A DNA stretch of 64,000 nucleotides from an uncultured Candidatus Binatia bacterium (GTDB taxonomy: Bacteria > Desulfobacterota > Binatia > UBA9968 > JAJDTQ01), in assembly GCA_965215605.1 (NCBI GenBank), contig OZ244070.1:800001-864000 (forward strand). Direction: 5' to 3'. Positions 30,637 through 40,382 of the stretch are shown in pieces (the first letter of the stretch is position 1; each line of letters begins with the position of its first letter). The translations under genes were made by a program, and so were the position numbers. A model generated the notes under the pieces. That model had not been told where the DNA came from and did no database searches. It saw only the letters and a program-made list of their open reading frames with translations.

Positions 30637-31437
30637 TTACACCCGCCTCACTACCCATACAACCTTGCCGAGGATGTGCGCGTCCTGGACAAGGCACGAA
30701 TACGGAGCATAGTCCGGGTTGGCGGAGACGAGCCTGAGGCGTGGCGGCTCGTTCCCGTCGTCGTCGGCGCCATGCAGGACCTCGACGTGCTTGACCACCA
30801 GCCCGATGCCGTCCCAGAGCACGAAGGTCTCGCCGGTGGCGGGCAGGCGGCGCGAGAGGTCGACGACGATGCGGTCGCCGTCGCGCATGTCGGGTTCCAT
30901 GGAATCGCCGCGGACCCTGAGGATGCGCAGGTTTGCGGGGTCGGCGCCGGCCTCGTGGCGGACCATGTTCTCGGGCCAGTGCCAGCGCGCGGTCTCGGAC
31001 ACGACCTCCTCGGCCGCGGCGCCCGCCCCGGCGGAGACGACGACGGTCACTTCGGAAATGACGGCAACGGGCGCGCCGGGAAGCGCAGCGGTTGACCGGG
31101 AGCGGCTTTGCCGCGCGGGCCTGCGTCTGGGCACGACTTCGTGCCGGAGTTCGGAGGGCTGGCACCCAAGCGCCCTGGCCAGGGACTTGCTGTCGCGATA
31201 CGTGAGGACGGCGGGGCTGCCGCGTTCCACGAACTGTTGCAGATAGGTCTTGTTGCGGCCGATGGCGAGGGATGCGGCGGCGAGGGTGAGGTCGTTCCGC
31301 CGGAGCAGTTCCTTCAGCCGGAGCCGCACGGGGTCGCGCCGGAGCGCTTCTCTGGGGTCGGTCGCCGGGTCCGCGGTCATTCGAGTTCCCCTGATTCCCT
31401 TCCCTTGGGCCCGCGCCCAAACCGTGTGGTTGTCCAT
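30637..31437 (-). CDS. S24-family (LexA/CI-like) repressor of the conjugative element
   Basis: N-terminal HTH (LAAASLAIGRNKTYLQQF), SAGAG cleavage-like site, catalytic Ser in VRGDSMEP and Lys in VVK. The start could alternatively be 31380. Confidence 0.88.
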   Translation of the reverse strand: MDNHTVWARAQGKGIRGTRMTADPATDPREALRRDPVRLRLKELLRRNDLTLAAASLAIGRNKTYLQQFVERGSPAVLTYRDSKSLARALGCQPSELRHEVVPRRRPARQSRSRSTAALPGAPVAVISEVTVVVSAGAGAAAEEVVSETARWHWPENMVRHEAGADPANLRILRVRGDSMEPDMRDGDRIVVDLSRRLPATGETFVLWDGIGLVVKHVEVLHGADDDGNEPPRLRLVSANPDYAPYSCLVQDAHILGKVVWVVRRV

Positions 31438-31486
31438 CCTGTTTTTTTCGCGTCCCTGCGCAATACAGCACAGGTGTGTGCGTGAA

Positions 31487-31530
31487 AATAGGTAAGTGTA
31501 GGATACACACTACTTAATCCTATTGTCAAG
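31487..31530. promoter_or_regulatory. Divergent promoter/operator region between repressor and tra operon
   Basis: AT-rich island with an imperfect inverted repeat AATAGG-TAAGT...ACTTA-ATCCTATT; minus-strand TTGACA-N18-TATCCT. Confidence 0.55.
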
Positions 31531-31558
31531 CGCCGCGCTGTCCTTTATGTTCCGGCGC

Positions 31559-32329
31559 ATGACAGCGCTCGAAACCCCTGTCGGAATACCTCTGGACGAG
31601 CTCTTGCGCCGGACTGTCGCGGCCTGGCGGCAACGCCGCGGCGTGAGCGCCCGGCGTTTCGGCGTGGAAGCGGTGGGCGATCCGGTGTTCGTGTTCTCGC
31701 AGGAACGGGGCCGCCCGGTGCGGCTGGCGACGGCGGACCGGGTGCTGGCGCACATGGGGCGTCCGCCCCTGGGTCGGGCGTTCCGCCAGGAGGTGGAAGT
31801 GTTCCTGGCGGTGACCGGCACCAAGGTGTCGGTGCTGGGGGAAGAGGCGGCGGGGAACCCGTCCTTCGTGGGAAGGCTTCGCCGGGGAGCGTCGCCGCGG
31901 CTCAGGACGGTGGACCGGGTGCGGGCGTGGATGGCGGCCCAAGCCAGCGCGGAGGAGGCCGCGGCGATCCGGCGGAGGCTCGACTGCGAGGACCCGTTCG
32001 CCGGGGTCATGACGCGAAGTTCAACCTGTGTCCCGCTCCTGAGCGGGTGGGCTGCGAGTACGGCAGAGAAAGGAGAGAGGCATATGAACGGGAACGGAGA
32101 TTTGAACGGGAACGGCGGGAAGTACCTCAACACGCGGGAGGCGGCCGCGTGGCTGAACCTCTCGCCGCGGACGCTGGACCGCTACCGGGTGAGCGGCGCC
32201 GGTCCGGCGTTCCACCGGTTCGGGGGCCGGGTGCGCTACCTTGTGGCGGACCTGGAGGCGTGGGCGTCCGAGCGCCGGCGGGTTTCCACGTCGGACGACG
32301 GGACGGCGTTGAGGAGGGCTGCGCGATGA
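31559..32329 (+). CDS. Tandem XRE/Cro-like HTH domains fused to an AlpA/excisionase-type HTH
   Basis: Two repeats of ..FG.EA.GDP.FV..L.RG..PRL.T.DRV.A.M, then YLNTREAAAWLNLSPRTLDRYR..G.GP.F. Internal in-frame ATG at 32084 with an AAAGGAG RBS. Confidence 0.8.
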   Translation: MTALETPVGIPLDELLRRTVAAWRQRRGVSARRFGVEAVGDPVFVFSQERGRPVRLATADRVLAHMGRPPLGRAFRQEVEVFLAVTGTKVSVLGEEAAGNPSFVGRLRRGASPRLRTVDRVRAWMAAQASAEEAAAIRRRLDCEDPFAGVMTRSSTCVPLLSGWAASTAEKGERHMNGNGDLNGNGGKYLNTREAAAWLNLSPRTLDRYRVSGAGPAFHRFGGRVRYLVADLEAWASERRRVSTSDDGTALRRAAR

Positions 32330-32631
32330 GGACGGGATTTCTGACCGGATGGATGCCGCGGCTGCTTTCGGCGCTCGTCTGGGCGCTGTGCGGGGCGGAC
32401 GCGGCGTGGGCCACGACGGACACGACGTTTGCGGGTCCGTTGGGCACGGTGACGGGCATCGTGTCGGGGACGGGCGGGCAGTTGGCGGCCACGCTGGCGG
32501 TGGGGGCGGCGTTGGTGGGGTCGGTGCTGCGGTTCAACGCCGCGCAGTTGGCGGGGGCCGTGGGGGTGGGGATCGCGGCCGGGGCGGGCACGGGCGTGGT
32601 GACCGGGCTTGTGGGCACGGCGATCGTATGA
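32326..32631 (+). CDS. traA: Conjugative pilin (TraA-like)
   Basis: Small protein with a leader and two hydrophobic segments; first gene before traL. Confidence 0.7.
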   Translation: MRTGFLTGWMPRLLSALVWALCGADAAWATTDTTFAGPLGTVTGIVSGTGGQLAATLAVGAALVGSVLRFNAAQLAGAVGVGIAAGAGTGVVTGLVGTAIV

Positions 32632-32640
32632 GGGCGGGAG

Positions 32641-32934
32641 ATGAACGAGCAGGCGAGGCATGCGATCCCGTCGCGTCTGGACGATCCGGAGCGGTGGCTT
32701 TTCTGGACGCTGGACGAGGCGGCGGTGCTCTTGGGTCCGGCGGTGCTGGGGCTTGCAGCCAACGCGTTCGTGACCGGCATGGCGGCCGGGGTGGCGGCGT
32801 GGGGGCTGCTGCGCAAGATGAAGCGCGGGGGCGGGGCGGACCTGGCGATCTGCGCGCTCTACTGGTTCCTGCCGGGGTTCGCGTTGGGGTTTCGGGGAGC
32901 GCCGCCGAGCCACGCGCGGCGGTTCATCGGATGA
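32641..32934 (+). CDS. traL: F-type T4SS protein TraL
   Basis: IPSRLDDPERWLFWTLDE..YWFLP..PPSH.R.F.G motif; gene order. Confidence 0.9.
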   Translation: MNEQARHAIPSRLDDPERWLFWTLDEAAVLLGPAVLGLAANAFVTGMAAGVAAWGLLRKMKRGGGADLAICALYWFLPGFALGFRGAPPSHARRFIG

Positions 32935-32944
32935 GGGGGCCGGG

Positions 32945-33499
32945 ATGAGACGGGAGTTTCTGGAGGCGGAGAAGCGCCGGGTGCGGGACGGGCGGGCGGT
33001 GTTGGCCGGGCTGTTGGGGCTCTCGCTCCTGGCGAACCTGGGGTTGAGCGCGGGGCTGGCGTCGGTGGAGCGCATGGCGGTGCTGATCCCGGCGGTGGCC
33101 GGGCCGTCGTGGGAGGTGGGGGCGAGCCGGGCCGGGCGCCGGTACCTGGAGGACATGGGGCGGACGGTGGCGGTGACGCTGCTGACGCTCACGCCGGAGA
33201 ACGCCGGGCCCGTGCGGGAGGCGGCGGCGCGGCTGAGCCACGCGTCGGCCCGGGGCGCCATCGGGGCCTGGGTGGCGGCCGAGGCCGCGAGGATGGAGAG
33301 GCGGGACCTGGCGACGGCGTTCTATCCGGAAGGGATCGAAGCGGACGCGGAGAGGTTGACGGCGGTGGTGTCGGGCGAGCTTGCCACCTGGATCGGCCGC
33401 GAGCCCGTGTCGCGCGAACGCAAGCGCTACCGGATGGCGTTCCGCGTGGACGCGGGCCGGATCGGGCTGGTGCGTTTCGAGGAACTGGAGGAACGGTGA
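32945..33499 (+). CDS. traE: F-type T4SS protein TraE
   Basis: N-terminal TM, YLEDM..LTLTPEN and V.G.L.TWIG motifs; position after traL. Confidence 0.85.
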   Translation: MRREFLEAEKRRVRDGRAVLAGLLGLSLLANLGLSAGLASVERMAVLIPAVAGPSWEVGASRAGRRYLEDMGRTVAVTLLTLTPENAGPVREAAARLSHASARGAIGAWVAAEAARMERRDLATAFYPEGIEADAERLTAVVSGELATWIGREPVSRERKRYRMAFRVDAGRIGLVRFEELEER

Positions 33500-34314
33500 T
33501 GCGGCAGGGGACTGGAATGCGGAGTGCGATGGAACGGGTTGAAGGCTGGGCGCGGAAGACCCTGCGGCGCGCGCCGATGCCTGCGCTGATCTGGGCGGCG
33601 CTGTTTTCCTGCATGCCGGCGTCCGCGCCGGCAATGCAGATCCTGGAGGCGGTGGACCACGCGGAGCTCGAGGCGGAGATCTCGAACCGCGCGGTGAGCC
33701 GGGTGGCGCTCGCGGGCGACCGGATCGCGCGTGTGATCCGCGGGCCGGACGGCTTTGTGGTCGAGCACGACGCCTCGCGCGGGGACGTCTACCTGCGTCC
33801 GGCGGATGCGTCCGTGGTCCTCCCGGGCGGGACCGCGCCTCCCGGGCCGTTGACGCTGTTCGTGGGGACGGCGGCGGGCTTCACCTACCGGCTTTCGTTG
33901 ACGGTGGCCGAGCGCGGCTCGGCGCAGATTCTGATTCGGAACGCCGCGGCCTCGCCGGGGGGAGAGATCGCCGCGCCGGCGGGCGGGCGCGTGGGGGCGC
34001 TGGCGGCGCTGGTCCGGGCCGTGGTCCGCCGCGAGCCGCTTCCGGGGTACGTGATCGAGGGAGCGGGCGCGGCGCGGGACGCCGGGGGCCTGGCGGTCAT
34101 CGAGACCTGGCGCGGGCCGCGGTTCGACGCGCGGGTGCTGGAGGCGGAGGCTGGATCGGATACGGACGCCGCCGGGTTGGCGGACCGTCTGGGTCCGCGG
34201 GCGGCGGCCGCGGTGTGGATGGGGCCGGCGGGAAGCGGTCCCGGGGGAGGACGGCTGGTGGTGGCGGTGGCGGACCGCGGCGCCGGGAGCGGCCCCGTGG
34301 GGAGGCAGCCGTGA
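33499..34314 (+). CDS. traK: F-type T4SS secretin-like TraK
   Basis: Signal peptide; ISNRAVSRVALAGDRI..GDVYL..LFVGT..TY.L.L motifs; position. Confidence 0.8.
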   Translation: MRQGTGMRSAMERVEGWARKTLRRAPMPALIWAALFSCMPASAPAMQILEAVDHAELEAEISNRAVSRVALAGDRIARVIRGPDGFVVEHDASRGDVYLRPADASVVLPGGTAPPGPLTLFVGTAAGFTYRLSLTVAERGSAQILIRNAAASPGGEIAAPAGGRVGALAALVRAVVRREPLPGYVIEGAGAARDAGGLAVIETWRGPRFDARVLEAEAGSDTDAAGLADRLGPRAAAAVWMGPAGSGPGGGRLVVAVADRGAGSGPVGRQP

Positions 34315-35525
34315 CGGGCGGAGAGAGGACGCGAACGGACCCGGAGACCCGCCGGAACCGCCAGAGGCAGTTGCTGCTGTTCTCGGGGCTGGCCGGGGCC
34401 GGACTGATCGTGTTCGCGGTGTGGCTCTCGGCCGGCAAGGGCGGCGGGCCGGCGGCGCCGGGCGGGATCGAGGCGAACCTCGTGGCGGACGATACGGCGG
34501 AGGCGAGTTGGGTGCGCCGCTCCGAGGCGCGGATCGGGGAGTTGGAAATGCGGCTGCGGGAGATGGAGACGCAGCGGCGGCGGACCGAGGAAGAGAACGC
34601 GCGGCTTCGCGAGAGCCTCGTGCGCGACGCCGAGGACGGGCGGATGGTGATCGACCGGCAGGCGGCGGCGATCGAGGAACTGCGGAGCCGTCTCGACGCT
34701 CCGGGGTTCACGGGGGCGGTTCGGGCAACGGGTCCGGGTCCCCGCGGCCCGCGTTCGGGTTCGGCGGCCCCGGCGGTTCCGGCGGCGTCCATGATCCAGG
34801 AGTTCGCGAGCGCGGCGCCTCCGGGGGCGCTGCCGGGTCCGCGGCGGCTCAAGTCCTGGCTTCCGGCCGGGTCCTACGCGGACGCCCTGGTGTTGGCGGG
34901 GGTGGACGCTTCGGCGGGAGTGAGCTCGCAGGGAGACCCGCGCCCGGTGCTGCTGAGGCTCACCAGCGCGGCCCGGAGCGCGGCCGAAGACGGCGAAGCG
35001 CTGGAAGTGGACCTCGAGGGCTGCACGCTCACGGGGGCGGCGCACGGGGATCTCTCCTCGGAGAAGGTCTATGTGCGGCTCAGGACCCTGACCTGCGCGG
35101 GACCGGAGCGGGAGACGGTGATCGAGACCGAGGTGGCGGGGTTCGTGGCGGGGAGCGGCAAGGCCGGGGTGCGGGGCCCGGTGGTGAGCCGGGAGGGGGC
35201 GCTGGTGGAGAAGGCGTTCCTTGCTGGGCTGGTTTCGGGCGCGGGGGAATCGGCGTCCAGCCTGCTCCAGGCCCGGGCCGTGAATGCGGGCGGGGACGGC
35301 GGCGGCGCGAGTCTGGCGGACGTGGGCCGGGCCGGTCTCGGGGCGGGCGCGGGCTCGGCCGGGCGCAGGGTTGCGGACTACCTCATCCGCCGGGCCGAAC
35401 AGTACCAGCCGGTGATCCAGTTGCAGACGGGCACGCGGGTGACGGTGGTGTTCATAGAAGGCGCCCGGATCGACGGGCGCGGGGATGTCCGGACCGGAAA
35501 GCCCAAGAGAAAGGCCGGAGAATGA
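34311..35525 (+). CDS. traB: F-type T4SS TraB (VirB10-like)
   Basis: TM plus coiled coil; LPAGS, GDLSSEKVYVR, GKAGVRGPVVSREG and YLIRRAEQYQPVI motifs. Confidence 0.9.
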   Translation: MTGGERTRTDPETRRNRQRQLLLFSGLAGAGLIVFAVWLSAGKGGGPAAPGGIEANLVADDTAEASWVRRSEARIGELEMRLREMETQRRRTEEENARLRESLVRDAEDGRMVIDRQAAAIEELRSRLDAPGFTGAVRATGPGPRGPRSGSAAPAVPAASMIQEFASAAPPGALPGPRRLKSWLPAGSYADALVLAGVDASAGVSSQGDPRPVLLRLTSAARSAAEDGEALEVDLEGCTLTGAAHGDLSSEKVYVRLRTLTCAGPERETVIETEVAGFVAGSGKAGVRGPVVSREGALVEKAFLAGLVSGAGESASSLLQARAVNAGGDGGGASLADVGRAGLGAGAGSAGRRVADYLIRRAEQYQPVIQLQTGTRVTVVFIEGARIDGRGDVRTGKPKRKAGE

Positions 35526-36115
35526 GAAGGCAGACGACAGACACTTGGCGAACCGCCGGAGGGCTTCTGGCGGCGGCGCTGTTCCTGGGAGGCTGCTCGG
35601 CGACGCATGTAGGCGACGCCTGGCAATGCCCGGTGGCGCAGGGCGCGGCGTGCGCGGACGTGGCGGAGGCCGATCCGGCGGTGGCGGCTTCGGACAAGGC
35701 CCGGGACTCCGCGGTTCCCGAACCGCTGGCGCCGCTCAAGCCGCCGGCGCCCGCGGCAGCAACGGAGTCCGCGGTAGCCGGCGATGGCCGCGGGTCCTGG
35801 CCCGCGTGCGCGGGGAACTGCGATCCTCTCGCGTGGCTGGCCGCATGGTTCGATTCCCTCAAGGGGCCGGCGGACCCCGGGTTTCCCATGGAGCCGGCAT
35901 CCGCGCCGCCGCCTGGGGAGCCGCCGGCGCCGGAGAATCCGGGCAGCGAAGATCCGGACGCGTCCGCCGAGGGGCCGCGGACGGAGGAGACGCTTCGGAC
36001 GGAGGAGAGGATCGGGCGCATCTGGATCGCTCCGTTCGTGGACGGCGGCGGGGTGTACCGGGAGGGCCATTGGGTGCGGACGGTGCTGGAGCCGGCGCGC
36101 TGGAGGGTCCGGTGA
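35522..36115 (+). CDS. traV: F-type T4SS lipoprotein TraV
   Basis: Lipobox LGGC, C..G..C, and C-terminal R..E...RIWIAPFVD..G.Y. Confidence 0.85.
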   Translation: MRRQTTDTWRTAGGLLAAALFLGGCSATHVGDAWQCPVAQGAACADVAEADPAVAASDKARDSAVPEPLAPLKPPAPAAATESAVAGDGRGSWPACAGNCDPLAWLAAWFDSLKGPADPGFPMEPASAPPPGEPPAPENPGSEDPDASAEGPRTEETLRTEERIGRIWIAPFVDGGGVYREGHWVRTVLEPARWRVR

Positions 36116-38628
36116 TCGAGCGGCTGAAGGACCTTCTCGGGGGGCCGGACGCGCTGGCGCCCTGGAGGCTGCCGGCGCTTCCGGCCTCGCTCACGGACCT
36201 GCTGCCCTGGCGGGCGTGGGACGAGGCGGGCGAGTTCTACGTCAACGCCGGAAGCTGCGGCTTCCTGCTGGAGCTTCCGCCGTTCGTGGGGATCGACGAC
36301 GGGGCGCTGGAGGCGCTGGCCGGGACCCTGGCCGACGCCGCGCCCGAGCGCTCGCTGGTTCAGTTCCTGCACTGGACGAGTCCGCGCTACGGCGCGGCGG
36401 TCCGGAGCTGGGCCGAGCCGCGGCAGCGGACGGGCGGAGTGCAGGCCGGAATGGCCGCGCGGCGCCGCGCCCTCTTCACCCATGCGGGTTGGCGTCCGCT
36501 CCACGCGGGCGGGCCTCCGTTCACGCTCAAGGACTGCCGGGTGTTCCTGGCCGCGTGCGTGGCGGGACAGCCGGGGCCCGTGGCCGAGACCGCGCTCGGG
36601 GGCTTCCGCCGGGCGCTGGAGGGGACCCTGGCGTCGGCCGGGGCCGAGGCGCGGCGGGTGGACCCGGACACCCTCCTGTCGCTGGCCGCCGAGCTCACGG
36701 CGCCGGACCCCGAGGGGGTGTTCGACGGGGACCTCGACCGGCCCCGGCGGCGCTGGTCGCCGCGGGACCCGCTGCACCTCCAGTGCGCGGCGCCCGGGCG
36801 CGCCCTGTCGGTGGCGCCCGCGGGGCTGGTGTTCCACCACCCGGACGGAACCGACGTGGCGGTGCGCGTTCTCTCGGCGCGGGCTTTTCCGGAGGTGTGG
36901 CCGGGCTGGCGCGGCAACGCGTTGATCGGCGACTTCCACCGGGACTTCCTTCAGCCGGGCGCCCCGGTGCTGACCGCGCTCACGGTGATGATGGGCGACG
37001 CCGCGGACGGCGAGCGCGCCTTCCTGAAATCCGCCCGCGCCACGCAGCAGGCGAGCACCGGGATCGCCCGCTACCTGCCGGGACTGCCCGAGAAGGCGCA
37101 GGACTGGCGCTTCGTCACCGAGCGGCTCAAGGAGGGCGAGCGGCTGGTGAAGGCCTGCTACACGGTGGCGGTCTACGCGCCCCTGGGCGCCATCGACGAG
37201 GCCGAGCAGGCGGTGCGGGCCATCTATCACGGCCAGGGCTGGCGCCTGGGAGCCGAGCGCTACGCGCATCTGCCGGCGTGGCTCGCGTGCCTGCCCATGG
37301 TCCCGGCCGGCGGGCTCGACTCGGACCTGGCCCGGATGGGACGGATGAAGACGCTCCTCACGTCGTCGGCCGTGAACCTGGCGCCGGTGCACGGCGAGTG
37401 GCGCGGCCAGGAGGGCTCGCCCGACGCCCCGCCCGCGCTGTTGCTCATCGGCAGGCGGGGCCAGCCCGCGGTCTGGTCGCCCTTCGCCAACGAGGCCGGG
37501 AACTACAACGTGGCGGTGACCGGGAAGTCGGGGTCGGGGAAGTCGGTGCTGATGCAGGAACTCGTGTCAGGGATCGCGGGGGCGGGCGGCGAGGCCGTGG
37601 TGATCGACGACGGGCGCTCCTTCCAGCACACGGCGGAGGCCCTGGGCGGGGCGTTCATTGCCTTCGGCAAGGACCCGGCGCGGCTGAACCCCTTCGCCAT
37701 GATCGACGCGGAGGCCGCGGCCCGGGACAGCGACTACCGCGAGGAGTGCTTCGCCATGCTGGCGTCGGTGATCGGGCGCATGTGCCGGCGGCGCGGGCGC
37801 ATCGACGACATCGAGGCCGCGCTCATCGACGAGGCCATAGCGGCCGCCTGGGAGGAGGCCGGGAACGGCGCCGACCTGGGAACCGTTCAGCGGAGGCTTG
37901 AGCAGGCGGGCGACCGGCGGGCGTCGGACATGGCCCTGGCCCTGGGGCCGTGGCGGCCGGGGGGCGCTTTCGGACGGCTCTTCGAGGGGGCGGACACCCC
38001 TGCCCTGGACGCCGCCCTCACCGTGTTCGAGTTGGCCGAGCTGAAGGGGCGGGGCGACCTCCAGGGCGTGGTGCTGATGCTGGTGATCTTCCTCGCCACC
38101 CAGCGCATGTACCACGGCCCGCGCACGCGCCCCAAGGCCATCGTCATCGACGAGGCGTGGGACCTCCTTTCCGGAGAGGACAGCAAGGCCTTCCTTGAGG
38201 GCGCGGCCCGGCGGGCGCGGAAGTACCGCGGCGCGCTGGTGACCGGCACCCAGAGCGTCAACGACTACTACGCCAACCCCGCGGCCCGCGCCGCCTGGGA
38301 GAACTCGGACTGGGTGATCTTCCTGGCCCAGAAGGAAGAGTCGGTGGAGCTTCTGAAGCAGGAGAAGCGCATCCACTGCGATCCGGGCATGGAGCGGGCG
38401 CTCAAGAGCCTGGCCACCGTGGACGGACGGCACGCCGAGCTGCTGCTGCACGGCCCGGACGGCTGGCGGGTGGCGCGGCTGGCGCTGGACCGCTGGTCCA
38501 CGGCGCTCTACTCCTCGCGCGGCCCGGCGTTCGCCGCGGTGGAGCGGCTCAAGGAGGAGGAAGGCCTGGCAACCGCGCAGGCCATCGACCGCATTGCCGC
38601 CGGCGGCGGCGCGGACGACGCGCCGTGA
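36112..38628 (+). CDS. traC: F-type T4SS ATPase TraC (VirB4-like)
   Basis: NYNVAVTGKSGSGKS, IDDGRS, IDEAW and RRARKY motifs. Confidence 0.93.
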   Translation: MIERLKDLLGGPDALAPWRLPALPASLTDLLPWRAWDEAGEFYVNAGSCGFLLELPPFVGIDDGALEALAGTLADAAPERSLVQFLHWTSPRYGAAVRSWAEPRQRTGGVQAGMAARRRALFTHAGWRPLHAGGPPFTLKDCRVFLAACVAGQPGPVAETALGGFRRALEGTLASAGAEARRVDPDTLLSLAAELTAPDPEGVFDGDLDRPRRRWSPRDPLHLQCAAPGRALSVAPAGLVFHHPDGTDVAVRVLSARAFPEVWPGWRGNALIGDFHRDFLQPGAPVLTALTVMMGDAADGERAFLKSARATQQASTGIARYLPGLPEKAQDWRFVTERLKEGERLVKACYTVAVYAPLGAIDEAEQAVRAIYHGQGWRLGAERYAHLPAWLACLPMVPAGGLDSDLARMGRMKTLLTSSAVNLAPVHGEWRGQEGSPDAPPALLLIGRRGQPAVWSPFANEAGNYNVAVTGKSGSGKSVLMQELVSGIAGAGGEAVVIDDGRSFQHTAEALGGAFIAFGKDPARLNPFAMIDAEAAARDSDYREECFAMLASVIGRMCRRRGRIDDIEAALIDEAIAAAWEEAGNGADLGTVQRRLEQAGDRRASDMALALGPWRPGGAFGRLFEGADTPALDAALTVFELAELKGRGDLQGVVLMLVIFLATQRMYHGPRTRPKAIVIDEAWDLLSGEDSKAFLEGAARRARKYRGALVTGTQSVNDYYANPAARAAWENSDWVIFLAQKEESVELLKQEKRIHCDPGMERALKSLATVDGRHAELLLHGPDGWRVARLALDRWSTALYSSRGPAFAAVERLKEEEGLATAQAIDRIAAGGGADDAP

Positions 38629-38654
38629 CGGCCTGCCTGGGATTTGGAGAACGA

Positions 38655-39425
38655 ATGAGCGGCGGCGAGGACAAAGGAGACGCCATGGACGCACGCAAGA
38701 GCAGACGGCCGCGAGCCGCAGCCCGCAAGGATCGCTCCGGAGAACGTCCCCTCGACTGGCCGGGAGATCCGGAATTGCTGACCGCGGAAGCCGTTGACTT
38801 CGAGGCCCTGGCCTGCGTGCTGGCCAACACCTGCCGCCGCGGCGGAAGGCTCAGGCGGTTCCACTCCCTGGCGGCACACGCGGTGCTCTTGAGCGAGGCG
38901 ATCGAGAACCTGGGGGAGTCCGGCGCCGGGGACGGCCGGATCGTGGCGCTGCACGCGCTTTTGGCCGACGCCAGCGTCGCGTGGCTGGGCGCCGGGGCTG
39001 TTGCATCTCAACGCGGTGCGGAGCGTTTCAAGCGGCTGCGGGAGACCGTGGACCGGGCCGTGCGCGAAGCGGCCGGACTCCGGGGAGAGCCCTCCCCGGA
39101 ACAGTCGGAACTGCTTCGTTTCGTGGCCCGCATGGGCGAGGCCGCGGAGAATCGGGATCTTCCGGGAGCGGGCGACGGCGCGGCTCCGGCGATCGCCTTC
39201 CCGCCGCTCCCCAGCCGGATACGGGCCGTGGAGCCCGGCCGGGCCGCCAGGCTCTGGCTGGACCGCCTGCGGAATTTGAGAGGAGGTTCGGAGTTGGAAC
39301 GGAGCGTCACGGCGCCCTCGCCCGGGGAGTCCCGGAACGGGAGTGACTCCGCTTCACGGGATGAACCGCAGCCAACGGGCGTCCACGGCCTGCGAACGGC
39401 TGGAGGTTCGGGTGATGAGGCATGA
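38655..39425 (+). CDS. YfdR/YfbR-like HD-fold protein with degenerate HD motif
   Basis: LACVLANTCR.GG...HSLAAHA..LHALLADAS aligns by eye to IAHALSNICRFAG..YSVAQHS..ALLHDAAEAY, but with HD changed to AD. Start uncertain (38625, 38655 or 38685). Confidence 0.6.
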   Translation: MSGGEDKGDAMDARKSRRPRAAARKDRSGERPLDWPGDPELLTAEAVDFEALACVLANTCRRGGRLRRFHSLAAHAVLLSEAIENLGESGAGDGRIVALHALLADASVAWLGAGAVASQRGAERFKRLRETVDRAVREAAGLRGEPSPEQSELLRFVARMGEAAENRDLPGAGDGAAPAIAFPPLPSRIRAVEPGRAARLWLDRLRNLRGGSELERSVTAPSPGESRNGSDSASRDEPQPTGVHGLRTAGGSGDEA

Positions 39426-39837
39426 GTTGCGGCGGAACGGGGACGGAGGCCCGGTCATGAGCGCATACGCGACGCTTGGGGCCGCGATGCTGCTCGCGAC
39501 AGGCGTGGCCGCGTCAGTGTCGGCCGTGACGGCGCGTGTCGTCCTGGAGCGGGTTCCGCTCACAGGGAGCGTGCGGCTTGCCGAGCTTGCAGCCGACTAT
39601 ATGGCGAGGGCCGCGCGGGAACACGGAGACCGGACAGATGCGGCCGAGGCCGCGCGCAGCTGGGCCAGACGGCTTGACGAGGCGCTGGTCCGGACGGCGG
39701 CGCGCCATCGCGTGGTGCTGCTTCCCGCTCGGGCGGTCGCCGCGGGCGCGGAGGATTTCACCGCCGAGGTGAAGGCTGCGATGCGAGAGGCCGCGCGGAA
39801 AGACGATCTTCAGGCCGGCCAGGAGGCGAAACGATGA
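39415..39837 (+). CDS. trbI: F-type conjugal transfer protein TrbI
   Basis: TM, then ..VVLLPARAVAAGAEDFT; position before peptidase and traW. Confidence 0.7.
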   Translation: MRHELRRNGDGGPVMSAYATLGAAMLLATGVAASVSAVTARVVLERVPLTGSVRLAELAADYMARAAREHGDRTDAAEAARSWARRLDEALVRTAARHRVVLLPARAVAAGAEDFTAEVKAAMREAARKDDLQAGQEAKR

Positions 39838-40382
39838 GAGCGGGCGATGTCCTGGAAGGCCGGCCGCGACGGGGCAACAGGCTTGTCTTCTGGGCCGCGG
39901 CGGCGGCCCTGGCGTGGCTTGCCCTGACCTCGCGGGTCTACGTCAATGCGAGCTGGTCGGACGGGGCCTGGGGCTATGTCGTGCTGCCCCTCCTGGGCGC
40001 GCCCGGCAGAGGGGAAGTGGTCGTCTTCGACCCTCCGGAGGCGGTGGGTTCGCCGGTCCCGTATCTCAAGACCGTGCGCGGCCTGCCGGGAGACCATGTC
40101 GAAGTGGACGACGATAGCCGCGTCCGGGTGAATGGCAAGGCCGTGGGCATCGCCAAGACCCATGCCCGTGACGGGCGTCCGCTGAAGATGGCCCGGCCGG
40201 GGGTGATTCCGCCCGGCCGCTACTACGTACACGCCGATCACGTGGACAGCCACGACAGCCGCTACGCGGAGATCGGGCTCGTGCCGCGGGAGCGCATTCG
40301 CGGGCGCGCCGTGGCGTTGCCGGACATTCCGTGGCTGGGGCTGGAAGGCCCTCTGGCCAAACCCGGGGAGACGCGGCCGTGA
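39834..40382 (+). CDS. S26-family conjugative pilin-processing peptidase (TrhF-like)
   Basis: NAS.S, LK.V.G.PGD and SHDSRY..IG.V motifs. Confidence 0.85.
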   Translation: MRAGDVLEGRPRRGNRLVFWAAAAALAWLALTSRVYVNASWSDGAWGYVVLPLLGAPGRGEVVVFDPPEAVGSPVPYLKTVRGLPGDHVEVDDDSRVRVNGKAVGIAKTHARDGRPLKMARPGVIPPGRYYVHADHVDSHDSRYAEIGLVPRERIRGRAVALPDIPWLGLEGPLAKPGETRP

